64,000 nucleotides of DNA from Antedon mediterranea (taxonomy: Eukaryota > Animalia > Echinodermata), in assembly GCF_964355755.1 (NCBI RefSeq), contig NC_092674.1, positions 3,286,001 through 3,350,000 of the forward strand, in the 5' to 3' direction. The position numbers were made by a program, and so were the translations under genes. Shown here one piece after another: positions 13,772-26,569 of this stretch. Numbering within the stretch: position 1 is the stretch's first letter; every line of letters begins with the position of its first letter. Below the pieces are notes generated by a model. That model searched no databases. It had not been told where the DNA came from and saw only the letters and a program-made list of their open reading frames with translations.

Positions 13772-15437
13772 CGTTTCTGGCTGTTTTACTTTATCCTTTT
13801 GATTTAGCTTTTCACTTTTTGTTTGTATCTCCATTGAGATTCAGCCACTGATACCCACAGCATTGTCATTTTTTCAGTTATTTGCCTTTGGATTTATATA
13901 TATAAATATATATAGAGGATTAAGATTATAATATACAGCATTTAAAATTACCAACTATTAATTAATCAAATCACTTTGGATTAAGTTACTACAATCCTGA
14001 ATTTGATTAAGGTGATTACTAAGCTTTCTCTTAAAATAGGTTGCAAGAGTTACAGACGAATGTATCTTTGACATTCAAAGGCAAGGAATTCCAGATCCTC
14101 ACAATTCTTAGCAGGAATGCTAAATTTACTCGAATCCGTACTTGTTTATATTTGGCTTATATAAGTTTGAAGTGAAACTCTTAAACTATTTTTCCCTTTA
14201 AAATGGTAATGGTCATTTTATCGTCATTGATGTGATATATTTTCAATTGTTTTGTGTTAGTTCGGTTAAAGTTAAACTTTATTCAATTAAATATGTTGTT
14301 TTGGGTGGTTTTTTTTTTGCTGCTGGTGGTATCTACAATATCTAAGGTAAGCTATATACTTGGGGTAAATGGGGAAACTTTAGAGGGGTCTGCCAGTGCC
14401 AAGGCAGTGTACAGATAGTCTGTTATAGGTCATTTGGTATTGCTTACAATGTGCTAAATCATAATTATAACATTGGTTGCTGGTGGTATCTACAAGATCT
14501 AAGCTAGGCCAGTTGGGGGAATGGAGTCTCTAGTCGAACTTTTAGAGGGGTCTGCCAGGGCCAAGGCAGTGTACAGATAGTTTGTAATAGGTCATTTGGT
14601 GATTGCTTACAATGTGCTAAATCATATAACATTGGTTGCTGGTGGTATCTACAATATCTAAGCTGGGCTAGTTGGGGAAAGAGGGGTCTCTAGTCTAACT
14701 TTAGAGGGGTCTGCCAGGGCCAAGGCAGTGTACAGATAGTCTGTAATAGGTCATTTGGTATTGCCTACATGTGCTAAATCATATAACATTGGTTGCTGGT
14801 GGTATCTACAATATCTAAGCTGGGTTAGTTGGGGGAAGGGGGCCTCTAGTCTAACTTTAGGGTGTCTGGCACTTGCGGTGCAGCAGACAATTAGTCTGTT
14901 GTTATCCATTTAGTATTGTATGAACACAACTTGTTCGTTTGGAATTGATTTTGAGTGGTACCTCACTCATCTATGCTAACCCCATTTTAGGCCCTCCCTC
15001 GGGGGGTCTGGCGGGCCTTTTGCAGCAGAGAAAAAGTCTGTCGTTTGTGATACTGTTATAAGGATGCCAATGGGCATCCCATGGTGGTAAAATTAGGTGG
15101 TATCTCTCTCATCTAACCTGTGCCGATTTTTTAGCACGTTTCGGGGTCCCCCCGGTCTAGACGCAGCAGGGGGTACCCGGCAGACTCCCATTTTCATTCA
15201 CTTCAAGTGACCCCCAACACACTCAAATAGTCAGATATTGGTACCTAGCTCATCTAACCAAATGTCTCTGGGCTGCCGGTCTAATACTGAGTTAAAAAAA
15301 AAAACATGTGAGATGTTGCGGTAAAAGCAGAGAGTATATCGCGTTTCATGCCATGTGACCAAAAAAACTAGGTCTGTATAATTACGGTCTTCTGACGGCA
15401 GTCTTTTTGAGCTACCGATTGAACGTTCTGATACTAT

Positions 15438-16534
15438 GGCCCTGTTCAGACCCATGGCGTTAGACCGTTTTAGCGTACAACGTTACTAGCAAGGTCACGT
15501 TACAAACCGCAGAGAAAAAAACGAGGTGTTCAGACCCATAGCGTACGATTATCACTACAACGGAAGTACGTCATTCAGGTTGTTTCTAGTTGCATCAATT
15601 CATGTGCTCTTACCCACGTGTTTTCATCATTATTTCCACTCTGTATATAGGCCTAGATCTCAGCCCTACAATTATGACAAAATTTGCCGTAAATAAAACA
15701 TACCTCAGCATTTATTTAAGAAAAATATAGTAAAGCCAAATTTCTGTTTCTATTGTTTTATTTGGCGCCTTTTATTTTGTGTTAAAAATATTTTCCCCAG
15801 GTTCTTGTGTTACGAAAATAAAGCAGGCCTTCTAATGATGAAGAAAAAATTGATTGTGATTAGTCTATCCAGTCCAGTCAAAGATATATATTTTTTGTTC
15901 CAGTCGGTTGAAAATAACCCTTAACTTGCTAATAAAAGGGACACAGCTCCCCTTGTTTGTTTACTGAATTTTTTAGGAGTTAGGGGGTTAGTTTTCAGCA
16001 TTAAACTTGTCCAGTCTAGTCTGCCTTGTATGAATGAGTGACTTTATGTCCCACGCTAGTTTTTAGCTTGAATGAAATGCGTGAATGATCGACTCTAGGC
16101 CTAGCTAGGCCTAAAAGCGTATGGGATCGTAGTCCCTGTTTAAATACAAGGTGCATGTATTTATGTCATTTGTGAGAAAATATAATGGTAATCAGTTGAT
16201 AGTAGTTTGTAGCCTTTGTAACAGTTGTATTTGTAGTGTAGTTAGGCCTTATTTATTCTGGCCTTTTTGTTATTGAAATCCATCTCACACATTGACGATA
16301 CAAGATGTCAGCCTAGGTCAAACCTTGTATCGCGTCATAACAGGAAACGTTCTGATTGGATACAACGTTGACTTACAGTAGCGTCGTACGCTAAAACGGT
16401 ACTATCAACCGTTTTCCACTACAATGCTACAACCGTTGTACGACGCGTTGTACGCTAATCCCCAACTGTTCAGACACACATTCTTTTAGCGTCGTACGCT
16501 AAAACGGTCTAACGCCATGGGTCTGAACAGGGCC
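15438..16534. mobile_element. PIF/Harbinger-like MITE (1097 bp)
   Basis: ~41-bp perfect TIR GGCCCTGTTCAGACCCATGGCGTTAGACCGTTTTAGCGTAC; 3-bp TSD TAT on both sides. Confidence 0.8.
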
Positions 16535-17302
16535 TATATTTAGAATGAATTGTTTACGATATTTTTCTCGCAACATCAAAGATCGTAGGCGCACCTAGCC
16601 TATCGGGGGTAGCCATAACAAAGATCGTTTGCGCGACTACCGTATATATAGACTGTGTGTTGTATTCGGGGTTAATATTCTTATCATTATATATATTTTT
16701 ATGACGCACTGTAACAGGTTGGGGAGCGCTATTTTAGGCGCTCCTTTGATCGTTTTCAGGAGCGCCAAGGAGCGTCAGCGCCATGGCGCTCCTTTTAAAT
16801 CAAGGTCTGATTATTAAAATGTATTATTAAAATGTATTATTAATGACTTCGAAAAGGAGGGCAAAATTATACTCGACCAGGACTATGAGAGTTATGATGC
16901 TGCCTGTACTCGTCTTAAATCACTAGTCTTGCTAAACATAGAGAAAAATTAATATTAAAATTTGGAGAAGCCTGAATCCTTAAGTCAGAGATACATCGTG
17001 ATAGATTACGTAACCCCAATAAGCACTAATAGAAACTCAGCTATTCCATATTATTAATTAAAAACTGAATGCCTCTTGTTAATAATTGTGTAATATGACC
17101 ACCTATGAAACGTTAAAAATAATCAATTGAAGAGCAGTGCCAATAACTTAATTTTAAATTATTTATATAGGCCTAGTATTATATTTTATTATTCCCATTT
17201 TAATTGTATTTTTCAAAGTTGTTTTGTAATATAGTTAATATAGTATGTGTTTTGTCACAGTGGATATGTGCATTACTGTATATAGATTATTTTATTTTTT
17301 AG

Positions 17303-20300
17303 ATGGTGAAATTACAAGAGTTATTCAAAACGTTTTACCTTAGCAAACACAGCGGACGCAAGTTACAATGGCAACCAAACCTAGGTCATTGCGTCATGAA
17401 AGCCTCCTTTAAAAAGGTATTACAGTCAACTCTCCCAATACCGGACACCTTTGGGCTAACCGAATATGTCTGGTTTTCCGGAAAGTCTGGTATTCAGAAT
17501 GTGTATTTAATGGTAAAAATGAATTTGGGACCTTTTGGACCTCAAGAAAAAAGTCTGGTTTTGGGAGAGTTTTCAGAGAGTCTGGTATTGGGAGAGTTGA
17601 TTGTATAATATTAAAATATGTATTTTCCCCCAAAATATGAAAAATAAAGATGTGTAAAATCCAATTTTGAATAGGCTATTTTGTAGATTTAATAAAGTTA
17701 TTCAATTCTTAGCCGATTCTCAGTTTAATTGTAATAACCGTATGAAAAATTAATTGATTATTTTTTATATGAAATGTTTGCTGTTATTCGGTCATGTGCT
17801 GTCATAATTTATTTTGTATTTATGTTTTTTTTCTTTTCCGTAGAGTATGAGAGAACTCAGCGTATCATTATTCCAAACTCTCGTATTACTTATGTTTAAT
17901 GACAGTACAGAGTGCACATTAGAAGACATTAAACAGGCAACTGGAATTGGTAAGCTTGTATGGTGACTTGGTGGTTAAGTGCCTGCCTTCCAATCCTATG
18001 GTCCGGGGTTCAATCCTGATCTAGCTCCAATGTTGTAACATACTCTTTTAACTCGACTGCTTCAGCCTCAAATGAGACTAAAGTTCTGTCTACACTATCA
18101 AAGAAAATGTGATGTGCCCAATATGGTAGTGATATGACATTGTCGTGTCCATATTTGGGCTTTTGTTTATAATTAAATTATAGTTTATCTATCCTATCCT
18201 ATTTTTTTTTTTATTTCTTGTTGGATGTGTTTAAACAAAAATTAGTAATTATAAAGAATTCCTAAATTCATAAAATTCCTCACCTAAAATAGGCTAGAAA
18301 ATCATTTTTAGGCTAGTATACACAGCTAAATGTTTACAGGGTTTTTTATAATTTTTTTCAGAGGATAGTGAGCTCCGAAGAACACTTCAGTCTCTTGCTT
18401 GCGGCAAGGCTCGGGTCATACTTAAAACTCCCAAGGTAAGGATTCAATTTAACAGTGTTAACATTTTTAAATGAATTTACGTTTTTCATTCTTCTAAAAA
18501 TTGTAATTTTATTTTTATTTTATTTTAGAGTAAAGATGTGTTCGATGGTGATAAGTTTGTTTACAATGCAGAATTCGATCACAAATTTTTTCGTATCAAA
18601 ATTAATCAGATCCAAATGAAGGAAACGGTAAGGAGAATACAACCAAAATATGCAAATTTATTTTAATTTTTTGACTAACAAATGGCATATTTGAATTTAT
18701 ATATTATAGCTACATTTTCGCAAATCCCAACTCTCCCAATACTCGCGAGAGTTTCTGTCCCATTTTACGACCTCTAAAGACTAGAATATTGATTGATAGA
18801 TTTTTGATTGATATGATTGATATATGATTGATTGATTAATTGATTATTGATTATTGATAGATTGAGGAGCAAGTGAATACACAGGAACGCGTCTTCCAAG
18901 ACCGACAGTATCAAATTGATGCAGCAATTGTGCGCATCATGAAGATGAGGAAGAAGCTAAGTCACGCACTATTGGTGTCCGAGCTCTATAACCAGTTGAA
19001 GTTTCCAGTAAAGGTAAGTGCTGTTTTTGTCACTTTTGATTCCCAGTGGGCAGATGTTTGTTTTTTTATTGTTGATTACTACCCAACCAATCACATTCTT
19101 TATATTTTGCTTCACTTTTTTTGTTTTGCCTTTATTTTTTATATACATTAAATTTTTTATGTGCTTTTAATTTTTCATAAGGAGGCACTTGCATCATTCC
19201 TTCCTTTTCAGTTTCAATTCCACGTATTCCTAAATAATTAAAATAAATAGGATAAATAATTCATTTGTATCTTTATTTTGGACTTTAAATTCATAGAAAA
19301 CAGCACATAAATAACAAAAGTCAATCCACAAATTAGACATGAGTTTAACTTAACTTGACAACAAAAGCTCTTTCATTTTTTAACCTAACCTAATATTTTG
19401 TATGAAGCTATATAAAAATGTTCTCGTAAATTTGGTAAATAAAGAGTACATTAAATTTTAGATGAGTGAAATTTATTACAGATTTTAAATATAGAAGTGA
19501 TTGTTAAGCTCTGCTACAAAATGTATTGTGCCCAAATATGGTAGTGATATGACATCATCATGTCCATATATGAGCACATCACATTTTGTTGTCACAAAGT
19601 TAGATAGTGTAGACAGAGCTTTACTCGGCAAGTTTTCACGATTGGAGCATGCATCCATGTTGCTTTTTCTGCTTGCTTAGTACCTACTTGCTTATATATG
19701 TTTGTAGTACTATGATGAATAAAGTATTTTTTTCTTTTTTGTGCTTGTGTTTTTTCTTCATTTCATGACAGCAACCTTAATCAATGCTTGGAGATCTAAC
19801 ATAAGATAAATAAGGAAAAATAATAATTGTAGTAGTAGTAGTGGGTTGCATTGTAAGCTAGGTTGTGAATATGGTTATATTATATGGTCATCATAGTGTC
19901 ATATGATGTCCCATCATGTCTAGGAGGGTCGCGTCACTTATGGTCGCAACCTCCCCTGTTGGATTACATATCCTGTAGGATTACATGTCCTGTAGGATCA
20001 CATGTTCTGTAGGATCACATGTCCTGTAGGATTACATGTCCTGTAGGATCACATGTCCTGTAGGATCACATGTCCTGTAGGATCACATGTCCTGTAGGAT
20101 CACATGTCCTGTAGGATCACATGTCCTGTAGGATCACATGTCCTGTAGGATCACATGTCCTGTAGGATCACATGTCCTGTAGGATCACATGTCCTGTAGG
20201 ATCACATGTCCTGTAGGATCACATGTCCTGTAGGATCACATGTCATGTAGGATCACATGTCCTGTAGGATCACATGTCCTGTAGGATCACATGTCCTGTA

Positions 20301-21477
20301 GGATCACATGTCCTGTAGGATCACATGTCATGTAGGATAACATGTCCTGTAGGATCACATGTCCTGTAGGATCACATGTCCTGTAGGATCACATGTCCTG
20401 TAGGATCACATGTCCTGTAGGATCACATGTCCTGTAGGATCACATGTCCTGTAGGATCACATGTCCTGTAGGATCACATGTCCTGTAGGATCACATGTCC
20501 TGTAGGATCACATGTCCTGTAGGATCACATGTCCTGTAGGATCACATGTCCTGTAGGATCACATGTCCTGTAGGATCACATGTCCTGTAGGATCACATGT
20601 CCTGTAGGATCACATGTCCTGTAGGATTACATGTCCTGTAGGATTACATGTCCTGTAGGATCACATGTCCTGTAGGATCACATGTCCTGTAGGATCACAT
20701 GTCCTGTAGGATCACATGTCCTGTAGGATCACATGTCCTGTAGGATCACATGTCCTGTAGGATCACATGTCCTGTAGGATCACATGTCCTGTAGGATCAC
20801 ATGTCCTGTAGGATCACATGTCCTGTAGGATCACATGTCCTGTAGGATCACATGTCATGTAGGATCACATGTCATGTAGGATCACATGTCATGTAGGATC
20901 ACATGTCATGTAGGATCACATGTCATGTAGGATCACATGTCATGTAGGATCACATGTCATGTAGGATCACATGTCATGTAGGATCACATGTCATGTAGGA
21001 TCACATGTCCTGTAGGATCACATGTCCTGTAGGATCACATGTCCTGTAGGATCACATGTCCTGTAGGATCACATGTCCTGTAGGATCACATGTCCTGTAG
21101 GATCACATGTCCTGTAGGATCACATTTCCTGTAGGATCACATTTCCTGTAGGATCACATTTCCTGTAGGATCACATTTCCTGTAGGATCACATTTCCTGT
21201 AGGATCACATGTCCTGTAGGATTACATGTCCTGTAGGATCACATTTCCTGTAGGATTACATGTCCTGTAACCCAACAATTTCTAAATTGAAAAAAAAGTA
21301 TTATTAAAAATCAAACTAAATATAGGTAGATTTCACTAATTAACCTGATTTTACCCAGAATGCATTTGTTTTTATTCACAGCCAACAGATTTGAAGAAAC
21401 GAATAGAAAGCTTGATAGAGCGCGATTACATGGAACGAGATAAGGACAGTTCCAATCAGTACCATTACGTAGCATAG
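17303..21477 (+). CDS. CUL4: Cullin-4, last six coding exons (17303-17416, 17844-17949, 18362-18435, 18529-18627, 18861-19013, 21382-21477); upstream exons not seen in window
   Basis: GT-AG spliced in frame: [87 protein letters not shown] (neddylation motif), [29 protein letters not shown]. Confidence 0.96.
17423..17603. mobile_element. Tc1/mariner-type MITE in CUL4 intron
   Basis: TIR CAGTCAACTCTCCCAATACC..GGTATTGGGAGAGTTGATTG, TA flanking both ends. Confidence 0.75.
17958..18077 (+). mobile_element. Decayed tRNA-derived SINE head
   Basis: A-box-like TGACTTGGTGG and B-box GGTTCAATCC at tRNA spacing; no clean cloverleaf. Confidence 0.5.
19955..21269. repeat. 17-bp minisatellite (TCCTGTAGGATCACATG)n, about 77 units, in last CUL4 intron
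   Basis: Directly visible array with variant blocks TCATGTAGG (~20855-21000) and CACATTTCC (~21120-21250). Confidence 0.97.
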
Positions 21478-21569
21478 ACAATTATATACAAATTCACACA
21501 GCAAATAAATAAGATTGTGTGTGTTCTATGGCAGTTGAAGGAAGGTTGCTGTGGATGTGGGATGACTAA

Positions 21570-21717
21570 AGCTCTGTCCACACTATCAAACTAGTGTGAT
21601 GTGCCCAAATATGGTAGTGATATGCCAAAATATGATAGTGATATGATGTCATCGTCTCCATGTATGGGCACATAACATTTTGTTGTCATTATAAAGTTTG
21701 AATGTGTAGACAGAGCT
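21570..21717. mobile_element. Abundant ~150-bp MITE (AGCTCTGTCTACACTATCAAA TIR, TAA/TTA flanks)
   Basis: Full or partial copies near 8948, 18082, 19507-19620, 21885-21975, 27441, 30193-30347, 34742, 37385-37541, 55276-55431, 58050, 61795. Confidence 0.75.
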
Positions 21718-22401
21718 TAATCGTACAGAGACAATAATCGTTATTATATACATATGGATGCTTACACATCGATGTGGTCATGGCTTCTGCTTGTTAAGGA
21801 TGTTTCCACTTGGATGCAACGCAATGACTTAAAGAGCACCACAAGTAATCATCCAATCTAGCGCTTGTGATTGGTCAACAGTGCCCATATATGGACTTGA
21901 TGTCATACCCTTACCATATTTAGGCACATCACACTTTTTTTTGTCAAACTAGTTTGACAGTGTAGACAAGGCTTAAGCATTCACAGATTATCATGAAATC
22001 ATCAGGTGATTGGTAACATTGTTGCATCATACCATCCAAAGGTCATCCATGTGGTTGGAACGGTGACCTGATTATGTTTAATATCACAAGAACTTGACCG
22101 TTGTGTATTTTCTGGACAATTTCGTCCTTCTACGGCTGCTGTGAAATACTTTGATATTATTTGCTTCTTTGGTATTTAAGAATTTCTGTGACAACTTATC
22201 CAATTATAAATGTATTTTTTTGTTTATCCGTAATCAAAATGGCGCTCGAATAGCCTTAAGTTGTGTTTACATTAAGCCTGGATTTGGTTCCATGGCGGGA
22301 GTCTAAAATGCGTTAGTGTGAACAGATGTATTATAAAGCTTGATTCCTACTATGACTCAACGCAGTGAAGATATTTAGAGCACTCAAAAGCGAACAACAA
22401 C

Positions 22402-22600
22402 CGGTTACGTCATTGTGTTGCTCACTTCTGATTGGTCAAATTACCTACGGGTTACGTCATTCTTTTGCTTGCTTCTGATTGGTCAAATTACCGACGTAGC
22501 CGGTTACGTCATTGTGTTGCTCACTTCTGATTGGTCAAATTACCTACGTTGCGGGTTACGTCATTGTGTTGCTCGCTTCTGATTGGTCAAATTACCTTCG
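22402..22600 (+). repeat. ~50-bp tandem repeat, 4 units
   Basis: GGTTACGTCATTGTGTTGCTCACTTCTGATTGGTCAAATTACC repeated. Confidence 0.85.
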
Positions 22601-24149
22601 TTGCCTCGGTGAGAACCACAATTTGTCACAATTCTTTATCTGGCCACCGTATCGGAATTTGAACTCACTGTGTGAATGCAGCTTTATGACGGTATTGCCA
22701 TAATGATTATGGAAAGTACTTGCACGTGTAAACGACGCATAACGGTATATGATAAGAAAGAATGTACCTTGTAATAAATGCGCTTTTATAAATGCTTGTT
22801 ATTATTTATTACTAGGGATCACCAAGATTGGAGGGATTGGGGTGGGTGTGGGCTTGTAGTGCGCTTGTAGTGCGAACAGTGCAGGATCTGGACAAGCTTT
22901 TCGGTACTTTCTAGTACTACTGTAAAACGTATGACATAAACTTTGATACCGTATGCGATTTGTCTAATCTCAAGGAACCATAGGCCCAATCATACATTTA
23001 GTGCCGAGATCTTTTTCAATTATTAAGTAATTGTTATGTAACCACCGCCATCATGTCACTTATACTTCTTAAGTTCTAGGAAGCTGTCGATTCGCGACGA
23101 ATATGGGGTTAGGGTTAACTACAATACGCATAATGGGTTGTCGGTCGTCGCCTGAACCTAGAAACCGCCACACAACTGAGTGTCGTCGAGGAATGGCGTA
23201 ATGCCTGGTTTCCACTAGAGACGCGACACAACGAAAGGGATTTGACCAATCACAAGAGATGGAGTTATTCGACCGTCGCTTGTCATTGGTCAACTCGTTT
23301 GCGTTGCGTCTACGTTCTTGCGTTGCGTTCTAGTGGGAACCAAACTTTAGGAAGCGCTTATGCCTACCAACGTCCCTGCATGCGCACAATGAATTAGCTC
23401 GACTTTACTTGCTTGTCAGTCGTCGCAAATCGAAAGCTTTCTACTGGCACCACCACGGCGATCCATACACTATGGCTTTCTTAGTTTCTTACTTACCCGG
23501 GTGGTGAGTTGGATTTGCTAACTTTGGTGGGCGGGTCACAAACTTACTCGGGTACGATAAATAAGTCGGACGGGGTTACATGTTAACAACTCTCTGATTA
23601 AACTAACATTTACACTAATCATAATTTGGTTTGCGCCTTATAATCATTGTTTAAAAGGTTTAACGTTTTTTTGTTTTACCAATTAAAGGCAACGGCGGGT
23701 TTTAAATTGGATTTAGACGTATACTTCACATGTTCCAGAGTGTAGATATTGTTTATATATTGGGTTCAATAACTGGTGTAGCTAATTAACAATGTATAAC
23801 AATATTCAATAATTAGCCAATGATAAGATTAACTAGAACTAATAAAAATCTGTGTAAAAAAGTGACTTCGGAAATGTACTGAATATTTTAGCCTTTATTT
23901 TTGTATTACATTTCAGAAAACGAAAAAAAAAACAAAAAAAAAAATTTTTCATGACGTCGTACGTTTCTCGGAGAATAATTATAGATATTTGTGTGTTGGT
24001 ATCTTCATGAAAATCGTTAAATATTATAGCAGTCCGGATCATATTCCGGTACTGCGATTTGTATTTATGTAATCAAAATCTCAGTACTGCATAATATTAC
24101 TAAATGATAAGTGTTGTTACGTTAAATCAAGCAGTGGTGGAGGTTTGAC

Positions 24150-24320
24150 GCCAGAGAGAGTTTTTTGGTTGCGGGAGAGAGTTGTTGGGTACACCAGAGA
24201 GAGTTTTTGGGTGTCAGAGAGAGTTGTTGGGTGTCAGGGAGAGAGAGTTGTTCGGTACCAGAGAGAGAGAGTTGTTGGGTACCAGAGAGAGTTGTTGGAG
24301 GAGGGAGTTGTTGGGTGCCG
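24150..24320 (+). repeat. GAGAGTTGTTGGGT minisatellite in the amplified unit (also ~31075-31240, inverted ~60528-60670)
   Basis: Visible 21-24-bp degenerate units; explains the repetitive spurious ORFs. Confidence 0.85.
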
Positions 24321-25703
24321 TATTGCACTAAGCCAAAAGTTGTGGCACCTTTTAATTCCCCTCTATCCAGTAGTCTATATTAGAATTAGAAAATTTGTAC
24401 AAAAAAATGTCTTTTTTTAGGCCAATTTCATTGCAACTGCCGAACGCCGTTTTCGGAAATTCACGACCATTTTCCTACGTAACAATTACTTCACTCGGGT
24501 CATTAGCGATATGTCGAGACAGCAGCACATGTTAAAAACATAAGTATACAACTGTATTCTTGATCATGTTTCTACCTCATGTTTCTACCTCATGTACACC
24601 GCTCCTGCCAAAGACAATATTGAGCACTCTTTTACCATTTTTCCTTCAAATGCAGTGGTAAGACTAGGTTATGTTCTTACTAATTAGGCCTACTATTTTT
24701 AAGCTGCTATAGCCAATTATAGCTAGCTGAATGCGGGATGATTCGGCCCAGGTGTGACGGGTCGAATCGGCCCACTTTTTAGGCCGATATAATGTCTGAC
24801 TAAGAGTGGCTTCTAATTTCATTAGACTCTCGGTAGGTTTTTATGATATGAAATATTGTAAAGTACATTAAATTCTAACATTTTGAATGTTTTGTTATTT
24901 TTTGGGGGATTTTTAATTGTTCGCTTTACTTGTATGTAATTTATTTTCAAGAAGGAGTGTAGAAGTCTAAGTACAAACAAAGAGGGTTGCAATCATATTT
25001 ACTTCTTTCTAATTAGACCTACAACACCAGAAAACATAGTGTTGTTCATCTTAAAAACAAACCATTAAACATTCTTACCACCACAAATCAAGACATTCAA
25101 TTGAACAACAAGAGAAATGACATAACATACTTTTGGAAGATTTTACAAAACATGACAATTTACCAGACGACTATGAAATGCAGGATCATGTCCTATTCCA
25201 AACTTGAGGACGGAAAATAACTGATATGAAATAATAATCATCAATAAGCGTCTATTATTTCGATATATTTACACGAACAAAACAAGAACAAAGATACAGA
25301 TGTATATTAAAAATCAATATCAACGAGATTCTGTTCTGCTAGTTGCTATTGAGTAGTGTGACTGCTAATAAATATTCATTAAAATTAGGATAAAATTGCT
25401 GTTGGTAGACAACATTAATTATTTCAATAATGCGGTACTTTTTTTCTGTTGTTTCACAGTTTCATGTACCTTTTTCACTGAAACGCACCGAATCAATAAC
25501 AATAATAGTCTATTAGGTCTTGGCCAGGTGTGAAAAGCCCTTAACTGTACGCGCCGCATGTGACGCGATCCTTAGCCTGACCGTAGCAGGTGTGAAAGGC
25601 CCCTTAACTGTACGCGCCGCATGTGACGCGAATCTGAACCTTAGCCGGACCGGAGCAGGTGTAAAAGATAGTTAAAACTATCCTTAAGCTATTTGAACGT
25701 TTT

Positions 25704-26334
25704 AGTAGTATAATACCCCGTTCGGTCCAATGAATAATTCATAAATTAATTAATGAATATTAATATATTAATTACGAGTGTAGTATTTATGAATAATTAA
25801 TATTTTAAAGGGTATTATTTATTAATAAATTAATTAATTATGAGAGGGTAGTTTTTAAGAATAATACTACACTCATAATTAATATTCATTAATTAATTTA
25901 TGAATTATTCATTGGACCGAACGGGGTATTATACTCAGGCCCGTAGCCAGGGGGTTTTTTATGGTTTTTATGGTTTATGGAACCCCCCTTAACCGACTGC
26001 GAACCCCCATCCCCGACATGCCCAATACCTCACCCTCATCTCCGAAAATCGTCCAAATACGTGCCCCACAGTACAAAAAGTTGCTCGTAAATTAAAAAAT
26101 TCGTAAACTCGTTCGGAATAACTCATACAGTACCTTCTTCCCTGTATGAGCGTACTTCGAGCGATATAGTCTGTAAAGAGTTGCAAATGAATTGCCAATT
26201 TTAACCTGAAAAATAAATGTTTGGTCCCTGCATGTAACATGATATTGACGCGTCTCACAGCGAGCTGGGGCGGGGGGGGACAGAACGATTCGTACAAAGG
26301 ACACCGCCAGACAACTGCGTACCAATTGTTTAGA
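25704..26334. mobile_element. Mini-Polinton palindrome (25704-25935) plus nested TIR element, right end deleted
   Basis: Same sequence as 32624-33275; about 385 bp including both right termini and the right TSD is missing. Confidence 0.75.
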
Positions 26335-26569
26335 AACACTTACTTTGAAATGAAATGAAATGATCGCTTGTTAAGATACCCGTATAACATATAATGATAT
26401 GTAGATTGGAATTAATGTATTAATGCAAGTCTACTTAAACTATCAGAATGTCCGGTAATACCACCAGTATAGTTAACAGGTTCGCCAATGTCAAGTGTAT
26501 ATCCTACTATTATACATTTTTTAAATAAAAAAAATTGAATTTAATCGTAGCTGCCTGAAAGTGGGGAAG

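Larger units (their letters stand above)
9622..15283. mobile_element. Foldback DNA transposon with ~1.5-kb inverted arms, Academ-like termini
   Basis: Begins TAGACCGGCAGCCC, ends GGGCTGCCGGTCTA; ATA duplicated at 9619-9621 and 15284-15286; arms 9622-11157 and 13728-15283 are near-identical reverse complements. No transposase ORF seen. Confidence 0.75.

Noticed and set aside
9500-15405. Diverged ~105-bp direct repeats (9500-9605, 15300-15405) as LTRs
   Set aside because: Low identity and outside the ATA TSD; more likely a pre-existing tandem motif at the target site.
19955-21269. CRISPR-like array
   Set aside because: No unique spacers or cas genes; plain tandem satellite in a eukaryotic intron.
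24122-24420. Repetitive small ORFs (GTQQLSL / RERVVG)
   Set aside because: Translations of a minisatellite.
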